40,748 nucleotides of DNA, taken from assembly GCA_014189685.1 (NCBI GenBank), contig DVAB01000017.1, forward strand, positions 1 to 40,748. The letters are read 5' to 3'. A program made the position numbers and the translations under genes. The notes beneath the pieces are model-generated. The model ran no database searches, was not told the origin of the DNA, and saw only the letters and a list, made by a program, of their open reading frames with translations. Within the stretch, counting starts at the first letter, position 1; every line of letters starts with the position of its first letter. This DNA is from Candidatus Naiadarchaeum limnaeum (GTDB lineage Archaea > Undinarchaeota > Undinarchaeia > Undinarchaeales > Naiadarchaeaceae). Shown piece after piece: positions 8,010 through 16,159 of the stretch.

Positions 8010-8216
8010 ATGGCCCATGATATAATCTGCGGAATGTATGTTGACGAGAATGCAACTCCATTTAAAGCTGAACAAGAGGGCGTGAAATATTATTTTTGCA
8101 GCAAAAACTGCCTTGAGGATTTTTTGCAGCCGCAGCAAGAGCTTAGCAAGTTGATGCTCGTTTCAATTTTTAGCATTTCACTTGGAATAACAACTGCAGT
8201 TTTTGAATCCATTTAG
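8010..8216 (+). CDS. copA: Cu(I) P1B-type ATPase, N-terminal fragment (YHS metal-binding domain plus first TM helix), ended by an in-frame TAG
   Basis: DIICGMYVDENATPFKAEQEGVKYYFCSKNCLEDF is a YHS/TRASH domain, followed by helix LMLVSIFSISLGITTAVF. The TAG at 8214-8216 is in the same frame as the ATPase core downstream. Confidence 0.8.
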   Translation: MAHDIICGMYVDENATPFKAEQEGVKYYFCSKNCLEDFLQPQQELSKLMLVSIFSISLGITTAVFESI

Positions 8217-8342
8217 AGGGTAGCTCCATTTGGCTTAACAAATGAACTGCTTCTGTTCCTGCTAGCAACTCCGATTCAATTCATAGGAGGCTACAGATTT
8301 TATCGCGGAACAATAGATGCAATTAGAGCAAGACAAGCAAAC

Positions 8343-10109
8343 ATGGATTCTTTAATTGCAGTTGGGACAACAGCTGCGTGGCTTTACAGCACAATTGTAA
8401 CTTTCTTCCCATGGGTTTTTCCGCCAGCCGCTGGAAGCATAACTCAAGTTTATTTTACTGAAAGCGGATTGATAATTGGATTTATTTTGCTCGGGAAATA
8501 TATGGAATATCGCGTAAAGGGAAAAGCAGGCGAAGCAATCCGCAAACTTCTGGACTTGCAGCCGAAACTAGCAACTGTTCTTAGGGATGGAAACGAAATT
8601 GAGATTCCAGCAGAGCAGGTTAAAGTTAATGATGTTTTAATTGTAAAGCCAGGGCAAAAAATTCCTGTTGATGGAGTTGTTATTGATGGGCACAGCTCTG
8701 TTGATGAATCAATGATAACCGGAGAATCAATTCCAGTTGAGAAATCAATAAAAGATAAAGTAATTGGAGCCACAATTAATAAGCACGGAGTTTTGAAAAT
8801 TAAAGCAACGCAAGTTGGAAGTGAAACAACTTTACAGCAAATTGTTAAAATGGTGCAATCTGCTATTGTTTCAAAAGTTCCGATGCAAAGGCTCGCTGAT
8901 TTAGTTTCAAGCTATTTTGTGCCTGCGGTTATTTTAATTGCACTCGGAGCTTTTGCGTTTTGGTATTTTGTTTATGGGATGAGCTTTCCGCTCTCATTGG
9001 CAATTTTGATTTCTGTTCTAATTATCGCATGCCCTTGCGCATTAGGAATTGCAACTCCGGCAGCAATTATGATCGGAGCCGGTAAGGGGGCGCAAAATGG
9101 AATTTTGATTAAAAGTGGAGAGGTTTTGGAAAAAGCAAAAAAAATAAACACAATTATTTTTGACAAAACAGGAACCTTAACAAAAGGAGAGCCTTCTGTA
9201 ACTGATATTTTTGTTATTGGAAAAGGAAAAGAGAAAGAGCTTTTAGAATATGCAGCCGCTGTTGAGAAAGGAAGCGAGCATCCTCTGGGGGATGCAATTG
9301 TAAAAGCTGCTGAAAACAGGGGAATAACATTGTACGATGCAAAAAGTTTTGAAGCAATTTCTGGCATGGGAGTAAAAGCAACTTACAAAGGAAGGCAGGT
9401 TTTGCTTGGAAACAGAAAGCTAATGCAGGAATTTAAAATTCCAATTGAGGAAAAAGTAGAGCAAAAAATCTCTGCGCTTGAGGAAGATGGAAAAACAGTT
9501 ATGTTTGTGGTGATTCAAGGAAAATTAATTGGAATAATTGCAGCTGCTGATACTCTTAAAGAAAATTCCGCTCCAGCTGTTCAAAAATTACAAGCAATGA
9601 GCATTGATGTTTATATGCTCACAGGAGACAATCAGAGAACTGCAAATGCAATCGCTCGAAAATTAGGAATAAAAAATGTTTTAGCAGAGGTTTTGCCAAA
9701 GGACAAAGCAAATGTAATTTCAAGCTTGCAAAAACAGGGAAAATTTGTTGCAATGGTGGGCGATGGAATTAATGATGCGCCAGCTTTAGCGCAGGCAGAT
9801 GTTGGAATTGCAATAGGAAGCGGCACAGACATTGCAAAGGAAACAGGGGGAATTGTTCTTATTAAAAATGATTTGCGAGATGTTATTGCTGCAATTGATT
9901 TGAGCAAAAAAACTGTTTCAAAAATGAAGCAAAATTTGTTCTGGGCGTTCTTTTACAATGTTGCATTAATTCCAATTGCAGCAGGCATTTTATTTATTCC
10001 ACTTGGATTAAGGCTTAATCCGATCTTGGCAGCCATTGCAATGGCTTTAAGTTCAATAACTGTTGTGAGCAATTCAATGCTTTTGAATTTCTATAAACCC
10101 AAACTTTAG
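8343..10109 (+). CDS. copA: Cu(I)-translocating P1B-type ATPase core (frame already open from 8217)
   Basis: CPC ion-path motif ([13 protein letters not shown]), DKTGTLT phosphorylation site, TGES-like actuator TGESIPVEK, and [10 protein letters not shown] hinge. Codons 8217-8342 encode the expected second helix ([19 protein letters not shown]) but contain no canonical start. Confidence 0.9.
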   Translation: MDSLIAVGTTAAWLYSTIVTFFPWVFPPAAGSITQVYFTESGLIIGFILLGKYMEYRVKGKAGEAIRKLLDLQPKLATVLRDGNEIEIPAEQVKVNDVLIVKPGQKIPVDGVVIDGHSSVDESMITGESIPVEKSIKDKVIGATINKHGVLKIKATQVGSETTLQQIVKMVQSAIVSKVPMQRLADLVSSYFVPAVILIALGAFAFWYFVYGMSFPLSLAILISVLIIACPCALGIATPAAIMIGAGKGAQNGILIKSGEVLEKAKKINTIIFDKTGTLTKGEPSVTDIFVIGKGKEKELLEYAAAVEKGSEHPLGDAIVKAAENRGITLYDAKSFEAISGMGVKATYKGRQVLLGNRKLMQEFKIPIEEKVEQKISALEEDGKTVMFVVIQGKLIGIIAAADTLKENSAPAVQKLQAMSIDVYMLTGDNQRTANAIARKLGIKNVLAEVLPKDKANVISSLQKQGKFVAMVGDGINDAPALAQADVGIAIGSGTDIAKETGGIVLIKNDLRDVIAAIDLSKKTVSKMKQNLFWAFFYNVALIPIAAGILFIPLGLRLNPILAAIAMALSSITVVSNSMLLNFYKPKL

Positions 10110-10113
10110 TAAG

Positions 10114-10123
10114 CTTTATAAAT
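10114..10123 (+). promoter_or_regulatory. TATA box for the cupredoxin gene
   Basis: ctttataaat lies 26-35 nt upstream of ATG 10149. This is the spacing seen repeatedly in the window and implies a leaderless or near-leaderless transcript. Confidence 0.5.
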
Positions 10124-10148
10124 ATGAATTTGTTATGTGCGCCTAACC

Positions 10149-10610
10149 ATGAAAACTAAAGTTAGTATTGTGCCAATACTTGCAATAATTGCGGCACTCC
10201 TTATTGCAGGGTGTACATATTCTCAAGCCTCTAACGGAGCTGGAAATACAACAACTGCGACACCACCACCAACGACTCCACCAACCCCGCCAAGCCCACC
10301 AGCACCCCCGGGACCTACTGGAACTATAACAGCTCAAATAAAGGAATTCACAGTTGAAGGAAGCGAGTTCAAGTTTACCCCAAATTCAATTTCGGTTTCA
10401 AAAGGGGACAAAGTAAGCATAACTTTCAAAAATACTGGAAAATTCCCGCACAACCTTATCATTGATGAGCTGAATGTTGCAACAAAGACAATCAGCCCAG
10501 GGCAAACAGACACTGTTGAGTTCACAGCAAGCAAGAGCGGAACATTCGCAACCTATTGCAGTGTAGGCAACCACAGAGCACAAGGAATGGAAGGCTGGAT
10601 AGAGATTTAG
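10149..10610 (+). CDS. Cupredoxin (plastocyanin/azurin-like blue copper protein), probable lipoprotein
   Basis: Lipobox-like LLIAGC and a Thr/Pro-rich linker. Type-1 Cu ligand pattern: FPHNL ... YCSVGNHRAQGM (His, Cys, His, Met). ATG 10149 preferred over GTG 10137. Confidence 0.85.
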   Translation: MKTKVSIVPILAIIAALLIAGCTYSQASNGAGNTTTATPPPTTPPTPPSPPAPPGPTGTITAQIKEFTVEGSEFKFTPNSISVSKGDKVSITFKNTGKFPHNLIIDELNVATKTISPGQTDTVEFTASKSGTFATYCSVGNHRAQGMEGWIEI

Positions 10611-10656
10611 TGCAAAGTTTTAATTAATTGGTTGTTTTATTTGAGTAGCGATAGCA

Positions 10657-11730
10657 ATGCTAGAAAAAAGAATTATTATGCACATCGATTTAGATGCCTT
10701 TTTTGCATCTGTTGAGGAGCGGGAGCACCCTGAGTACAGGGGAAAACCTTTGATTGTTGGGGCAGGTCCTATTGAAGGACTAAAAAGAGGAGTTGTAAGC
10801 ACTGCTAATTATGAGGCGCGCAAATTTGGGATTCATTCTGCAATGCCGATTTCTATTGCACACAAAAAATGCCCTGAAGGAATTTTTATTCCGGCAAACC
10901 ACGAACTTTATGAAAAAGTTTCGCAGAGCATTATGCTAAGATTAAAAAAATATGCTGATAAAACAGAACAGTATAGCATAGATGAAATGTTTTTGGATGT
11001 TTCTGACAAGACAAAAAACTTCAAACAGGCAGAAGAGATTGCAAAGAAAATTAAAAATGAAATAAAGGAAAATGAACAGCTTACCTGCTCAATCGGGATT
11101 TCCTCAAATAAATTAGTGGCGAAAATTGCTTCGGATTTTAAAAAACCAGCTGGATTAACAATTGTGCCACAAAACAAAATTCAGGAATTTTTAGACCCTT
11201 TAAGCCCGCGCAAATTAATTGGAGTTGGGCCAAAAACTGAAACGCGATTAAAAGATATGGGAATTGAAACCATAAAAAAACTTCGCGCCGCAAGCAAAGA
11301 AAAGCTGGTTGATGCATTTGGTGTGCATGGAGAGGAGATGTATTCCATGGCGCGCGGGATTGACAACAGCCCTGTTGAGGAGTACACTGAAATAAAATCG
11401 CACAATAGAAATTACACTTTTCAGGAGGACACGAAGGAAAAGGAACTTTTAATGAAAACGCTTGCGATTATGGCATCTGAAATTGAAAATGAACTGAAAA
11501 AAGAAAAAATGTTTTACAAAACAATTACTGTTCGCTGCCGCTATTCGAATTTTGATACGCATATTAAGAGTAAAACAATCAAGCTTCCTGTAAGTGATAC
11601 AGAAACAATGTTAAAAGTTGCTGAGGAGCTTTTGGATGAATTTTTGAAGGATGAAAGAAAGATAAGACAGATTGGGTTAAGAGTTTCAAATTTGACTAAC
11701 AAGAAAATAGAACAACAAAAATTGACTTAA
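10657..11730 (+). CDS. dinB: Y-family DNA polymerase IV (DinB/Dpo4-like)
   Basis: HIDLDAFFASVEE catalytic start, SIDEMFLDV, and SIGISSNKLVAKIASD motifs. Typical length of 357 aa. Confidence 0.92.
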   Translation: MLEKRIIMHIDLDAFFASVEEREHPEYRGKPLIVGAGPIEGLKRGVVSTANYEARKFGIHSAMPISIAHKKCPEGIFIPANHELYEKVSQSIMLRLKKYADKTEQYSIDEMFLDVSDKTKNFKQAEEIAKKIKNEIKENEQLTCSIGISSNKLVAKIASDFKKPAGLTIVPQNKIQEFLDPLSPRKLIGVGPKTETRLKDMGIETIKKLRAASKEKLVDAFGVHGEEMYSMARGIDNSPVEEYTEIKSHNRNYTFQEDTKEKELLMKTLAIMASEIENELKKEKMFYKTITVRCRYSNFDTHIKSKTIKLPVSDTETMLKVAEELLDEFLKDERKIRQIGLRVSNLTNKKIEQQKLT

Positions 11731-12776
11731 TAATTGTAAGTTATGACGGTTAGTGTATTGCTATCTTTTATAATCATAGGACCAAACGCAGTATCCAAAA
11801 TTGCAGATACCTTTACATCATACTGCGTGTTTTTTTGAAGTCCAGGAATTCCATCTGCAGCAGTTATTGAATGATAGAGGTATGGGGTGTAATCAACATG
11901 TTTCCACGCAGTAGCTCCTGATGGTTTAATCTGAACTTTGTAATAGGATGCGCCAGAATATTTAGTCCAGCTAACTGCTATTGATTCGTTTGTTTTCACA
12001 TCTAAATTTGGTGTTATTTGCTGGCTGGAGGTCAGGTTTGTTCCCATGGTTATTGTATTGCTTGTTGCAAGTGTTTGGTGGTTAGTTACATTTCCCTTCA
12101 TACCAATTACTTGGATATCATAAGATGTTCCGGGTTGCAAAAGAGTATTCACATTTGACACCATATAAGAGCTAATTATGAAAGGTGCCTCCAATATATC
12201 GCCAGCATATTGCCACTGTGTTGTGCCAGTTGGCTTGATATTTATTCTAAAGAAATCTGCTGCCACCTCATTATTATACCACCCTAGGGGGATTGAATGC
12301 TCTGTAGTTGTGCCTGAAAATAGAATTAGTTGTGGAGTAATCACTGGCGGCGGAGTTGTTCTCCCAGCAGTCCACACTGTAAGCTCGTTGCTCGTCGTGA
12401 GAACTGTAGTGCCAGACATTGCAAGCACTCTAGTATCATAAGTATTACCTTTCTTTACAATAGGAACACTGGCTATTGTGTGACTCGTAGTAGTCACGTC
12501 TGCAACGTTTGTCCAGGAAGTGCTGTTACTCGGCTTTATTTGAACCCTATAAAATCCAGTCCCTGAATATGAGTTCCAGTTAATTGGGATGGAAGTTTCT
12601 CCTGGGTTGCTAGATAGTAAAACTGTGAATGGCTGGGTAGAAGTTTGGCCTGTTTGTAATCCTGTTGGAAACCTGCCTGTTGAAAAGATAAGGATTCCTG
12701 CAACTACTGCAATTAGCAAAATGGCTAAGTAGCCTTTTCCTTTCATTATTGTTTTTAGGGATGATTCAATGGTCAT
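11727..12776 (-). CDS. Surface protein with three fibronectin-III-like repeats
   Basis: N-terminal anchor GYLAILLIAVVAGILIF, then three ~95-aa modules sharing W..Y.G...Y.v.IKP.g.T.W. Start taken at ATG 12776, 1 nt after the upstream TAG; ATG 12746 is an alternative. Confidence 0.7.
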   Translation of the reverse strand: MTIESSLKTIMKGKGYLAILLIAVVAGILIFSTGRFPTGLQTGQTSTQPFTVLLSSNPGETSIPINWNSYSGTGFYRVQIKPSNSTSWTNVADVTTTSHTIASVPIVKKGNTYDTRVLAMSGTTVLTTSNELTVWTAGRTTPPPVITPQLILFSGTTTEHSIPLGWYNNEVAADFFRINIKPTGTTQWQYAGDILEAPFIISSYMVSNVNTLLQPGTSYDIQVIGMKGNVTNHQTLATSNTITMGTNLTSSQQITPNLDVKTNESIAVSWTKYSGASYYKVQIKPSGATAWKHVDYTPYLYHSITAADGIPGLQKNTQYDVKVSAILDTAFGPMIIKDSNTLTVITYNY

Positions 12777-12777
12777 A

Positions 12778-15700
12778 CTAGTAGACTCCTGTTGAGTTGT
12801 TGCAGAATTTTGCGAGAGCTGGCGGAGGGTTGACGCAAAAAGTGGCTGAAATTGGTTTGCGCGTTGATGCTGTTGCACCCCCATTATCAGTAACTATTAA
12901 GCGAACAGAATAGCTTCCTACTTCAGTGTAAGTATGCGATACTGAGTTTCCAGTGCCTGTTGTGTAATCGCCAAAGTCCCAGTAATAGCTTGCTATTGTC
13001 CCATCTGAATCAGTTGAAGTAGATGAAAATGTGACTGTTAAAGGCGCATCTCCAGAGGTAGCGTTTACAGTAAATGCTGCTATTGGTGGCGTATCTCCTG
13101 TTGGTGCAGTAACTGTGATTGTCCGAACTGCAGAGCCAGAACGAGTGCCATTATTGTCCGCCACAGTGAGCTGTGCAATAAAACTTCCTACATCATAATA
13201 GGTGTAACTAACTGCTTGCCCATATCTACGAGTTGTAGTATCCCCAAAATACCACTCGTGAGAGGTTATTGTTCCATCTAGATCTGATGAGGTTGAGGTA
13301 AACGCAACTGTTAATGGAACTGTTCCTGAAGTTTTGTCAACTGTAAAAGTAGAAGATGGAGGAATGTTTGCAACTGAGAAAGTAGCAGTTACTGAATGTG
13401 CAGTAGCCATATAAACAATGCAGCTTCTCCCTCTTTTATAGTCGCAGTTGCCGCTCCAGCTTGAAAAAGTTGAGTTGCTAGCAGGAGTTGCGGTTAAGTT
13501 CACATTATATGCAGCGTCGAAAAATCTAGTAGGTGGTTCTACGAAGTCTGCAGAGCAGGTTGTGCCACAAACAATTCCTGCCGGGCTTGATGTGATTGTT
13601 CCTGAGCCTGTTCCTGATTTAGACACTGTTAAAGTCCTTTTTCCCCTTATTGTAAATTGTCCAGCAGCTGCTGCGCTATTCCCTGCATTGTCTTTGGCAG
13701 TGGCATAATAAGTGTGAGTTCCTGCTGCAGTGTATGAAGTATTAAAAATGCAGATTGGGACTGAGTTTGCATTGTAAGTAAACGGTGGCGCGCAGGTTTT
13801 TCTTAGTGTGCTGTCAATGTAAATTTTTGTTTCGCTCAGTCCGCTATTCGCATCATAAGCTGTTGCTGTAATAGTAATTGTCTGGCCTGTTGTTGGGTTT
13901 GCTGGAGTGAGCGAAGTTGAAATAGTTGGGTTTATAGGGTCTGGAGTTCGAGTTGGAGTTGTACTTGAGCCAGTGGTTTTGACTGTTATGGTGTTGCTAT
14001 CTGCCAATAAATATTTAGGTAAGTTTGTTCTGTAAAAACTTCCCGGAGTTCCGGACTCTGCAAGCACTTTAATCTTATAAGAAGTACCGCCCTTTAAATT
14101 TTTAATACTTCCTAAACCCCCTTCCTTATAACTTTTTATTTCATGTGAAGTACCAGTTATAGTATCAGAGACTAAGTAATATGCATAGGAGGGTGCGCCT
14201 GGTGGTTGAATTAAAAGTGCGTAAAATTCAGCTCCTGGAAAAGCATTCCACCTTACTTTAATTGATTTATCGCTAACACTATCGTAGGCAAGCAAAAATT
14301 CTGGAACTTTCTCAGTGCCACCAGCTGTTGTGACTGTTACTATATTGCTCTCCTTAACAGGAGTACTTCCTGAAAGTGCAACTGCTCTTATCTCATAAGT
14401 TGTGCCTTTGCTTAGGTTTGGTATACGATAAGAATGATAAAATTGGGGGTCTTTTGGACTCATAATGCCAGCATTTATCCATTGTGTTGCGCCAACAGGC
14501 TTGACTTCAAGGCGTATGAGGTCCACAACAGAATAGTATCTGTCCCAAGCAACAGGAATTGAATTTTCAGTTGGATAGCCTGCGGTTAGATTAAGGGGCG
14601 GAAGGTACTGCGCAACTGAAATACTGCCGGTGTGTATTTTTATATTGCCATCCATATCAACAGCTGCGAGTTCAATGCTGCGCGTGCCTGAATCTTTTGG
14701 AGCAATGAAATCAAGGTCGCATGATAAAGTTTTGCTATTTGCACTTCCTGTGGGTGGGCAAACAGCAGTGTATTTACCATCTATACCCAAATGTATACTA
14801 TCTAGTTTATTGTTGTCACTTGCTGAAACTCTGATTACGGCTGGCTCCAATGCTCTTGGTATTGAGGGAATAACAAGTATAGAATTAAACAGGGGTTGTG
14901 TTGTATCAGGAGGAGGAACATCGGCATAAGTTAAGGTAACTTTTAAATTATCGAGGTACTTGCACTTATTGTAAGCAATAGCTATATCCACTCCAGGAAT
15001 AGTGCCTAGGGAAGTGCTCAATAAACCTTTTCCCTCAACCGCACCTTCAATACCTTGGACAGAACCAGATACTACATATAAAACTACAGCAGCCTGACCG
15101 GCAGCTCTTCCTATTTGACCTGCTCCCTTAGAAATTGTTGCGGCATATTGGGATGATGATTTCTCAGCAACTCTTGCAATAACTTTGCCAGCGAATTTTG
15201 TATTAGCAGCTATACCACCTGGGCCTGTTGGGTCGGCAACATTTGGGATGCCAATCTTTCCAGTATATGTGTAGGCAGTTGCCCTATCTAATAGCCTTAT
15301 TATACCTTGTCCTTCTCTTGCGTAGAAAGGTGAAGCTTTGTCTGATCCGCCTATTGGAAATGCTTTTACACTCTTAATATCTGAATATGGCAAAGTTGCA
15401 GCGAATTTTATAGTTTGATGATCGTAAACTGCATTTGGAGTGGAAGCACTAAAAACTAGCTGCCCGCCGCTATCATAGGCTTCTACTCCGAGCCTTGCAT
15501 TACAAAGCTCATAACCCATTTTTCCTTCAACTGAAATTGTTCTAACTAAATTGTATTGTGGATTAAAGTAAGCAGTAAGATCTTCAGAAGATGTTCCCGT
15601 TGCTCCTGAGACAACTGTTCTAAAAAGCGGTTGTGTGTCACTATGCTCAACCCTTGCGATAAAGGAATCAATAAAAGGGCAATCAGGAGTAAAAAAATCA

Positions 15701-16095
15701 TCATCAGGCACTGGTGTTGCTACAAATTTAACAACATTTCTGCCTGAAAGTGGAATCTGCCCCTGAATGCTCGTATGCGGTCCCACTCTATTGCCTGTTT
15801 GATGTGCAACTAATTCATTATTCCCATCATAAACTTCCACGCGCACCGCTGCTCCACAGAGTTCGCCGCCAAGCATTACATCATAGTTAACTTTTGATGC
15901 ACCCACAAACTCAGAACCAGATACCAGCTCGGCTTCCTTAAGCCCGCGCCAGCTGCCTGACATAGATGTGATAATAGTAGCCGCACTTGCAGGAGGGGGG
16001 AAAGTTAAAAGAATTGCAAAAGCTGAAATAAAAACAATTACTAAAATTGGTATAAATAAGCGGCGCTTCTTTAACCGGAACATTTTTTGAAACAT
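12778..16095 (-). CDS. Giant multi-domain surface protein (duplicated novel N-terminal module, FN3-like repeats, divergent InlB-B-repeat-like module, two PKD domains)
   Basis: Signal/anchor MFRLKKRRLFIPILVIVFISAFAILL. Two PKD domains (FTVDKTSGTVPLTVAFTSTSSDLDGTITSHEWYFGD... and FTVNATSGDAPLTVTFSSTSTDSDGTIASYYWDFGD...). A GTGSGTITSSPAGIVCGTTCSADF...SSWSGNC module. FN3-like modules (EVKPVGATQW). Confidence 0.85.
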   Translation of the reverse strand: MFQKMFRLKKRRLFIPILVIVFISAFAILLTFPPPASAATIITSMSGSWRGLKEAELVSGSEFVGASKVNYDVMLGGELCGAAVRVEVYDGNNELVAHQTGNRVGPHTSIQGQIPLSGRNVVKFVATPVPDDDFFTPDCPFIDSFIARVEHSDTQPLFRTVVSGATGTSSEDLTAYFNPQYNLVRTISVEGKMGYELCNARLGVEAYDSGGQLVFSASTPNAVYDHQTIKFAATLPYSDIKSVKAFPIGGSDKASPFYAREGQGIIRLLDRATAYTYTGKIGIPNVADPTGPGGIAANTKFAGKVIARVAEKSSSQYAATISKGAGQIGRAAGQAAVVLYVVSGSVQGIEGAVEGKGLLSTSLGTIPGVDIAIAYNKCKYLDNLKVTLTYADVPPPDTTQPLFNSILVIPSIPRALEPAVIRVSASDNNKLDSIHLGIDGKYTAVCPPTGSANSKTLSCDLDFIAPKDSGTRSIELAAVDMDGNIKIHTGSISVAQYLPPLNLTAGYPTENSIPVAWDRYYSVVDLIRLEVKPVGATQWINAGIMSPKDPQFYHSYRIPNLSKGTTYEIRAVALSGSTPVKESNIVTVTTAGGTEKVPEFLLAYDSVSDKSIKVRWNAFPGAEFYALLIQPPGAPSYAYYLVSDTITGTSHEIKSYKEGGLGSIKNLKGGTSYKIKVLAESGTPGSFYRTNLPKYLLADSNTITVKTTGSSTTPTRTPDPINPTISTSLTPANPTTGQTITITATAYDANSGLSETKIYIDSTLRKTCAPPFTYNANSVPICIFNTSYTAAGTHTYYATAKDNAGNSAAAAGQFTIRGKRTLTVSKSGTGSGTITSSPAGIVCGTTCSADFVEPPTRFFDAAYNVNLTATPASNSTFSSWSGNCDYKRGRSCIVYMATAHSVTATFSVANIPPSSTFTVDKTSGTVPLTVAFTSTSSDLDGTITSHEWYFGDTTTRRYGQAVSYTYYDVGSFIAQLTVADNNGTRSGSAVRTITVTAPTGDTPPIAAFTVNATSGDAPLTVTFSSTSTDSDGTIASYYWDFGDYTTGTGNSVSHTYTEVGSYSVRLIVTDNGGATASTRKPISATFCVNPPPALAKFCNNSTGVY

Positions 16096-16159
16096 CTTAA
16101 TCTATAGATGGTTTAAATTATATATAAATTTATATAATACACCAACCAAAACAATAGCA

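Noticed and set aside
8214-8216. The in-frame TAG in copA could encode pyrrolysine, or reflect a reassigned stop codon.
   Set aside because: TAG clearly terminates several well-defined genes in this window (ends at 3208, 10109, 10610, 17833, 12778). No pylT-like tRNA or pyl genes are visible, and Pyl is not expected at a structural loop of CopA. It is kept as an interrupted-gene finding only.
8450-9907. Antisense ORFs inside copA (8450-8773, 8972-9367, 9632-9907). Similar shadow ORFs lie inside other genes: 5760-6275, 12178-12566, 13448-13708, 14630-14929, 22549-22893, 23479-24186, 26969-27733, 29454-30459, 30868-31410, 34556-35234, 35312-36255, 38566-39772.
   Set aside because: All lie opposite genes with unambiguous family motifs and translate to low-complexity or Ser/Leu/Phe-rich sequence. 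These are typical shadow ORFs of an AT-rich genome.
12777-12884. The possibility that the two surface-protein genes are one gene split by a frameshift; the downstream ORF stays open 36 codons upstream of its ATG.
   Set aside because: The downstream protein has its own start (ATG 12776 or 12746) and its own hydrophobic signal-anchor. The upstream protein ends after a complete PKD domain. The overlap text (GVQQHQRANQ...) shows no domain continuity.
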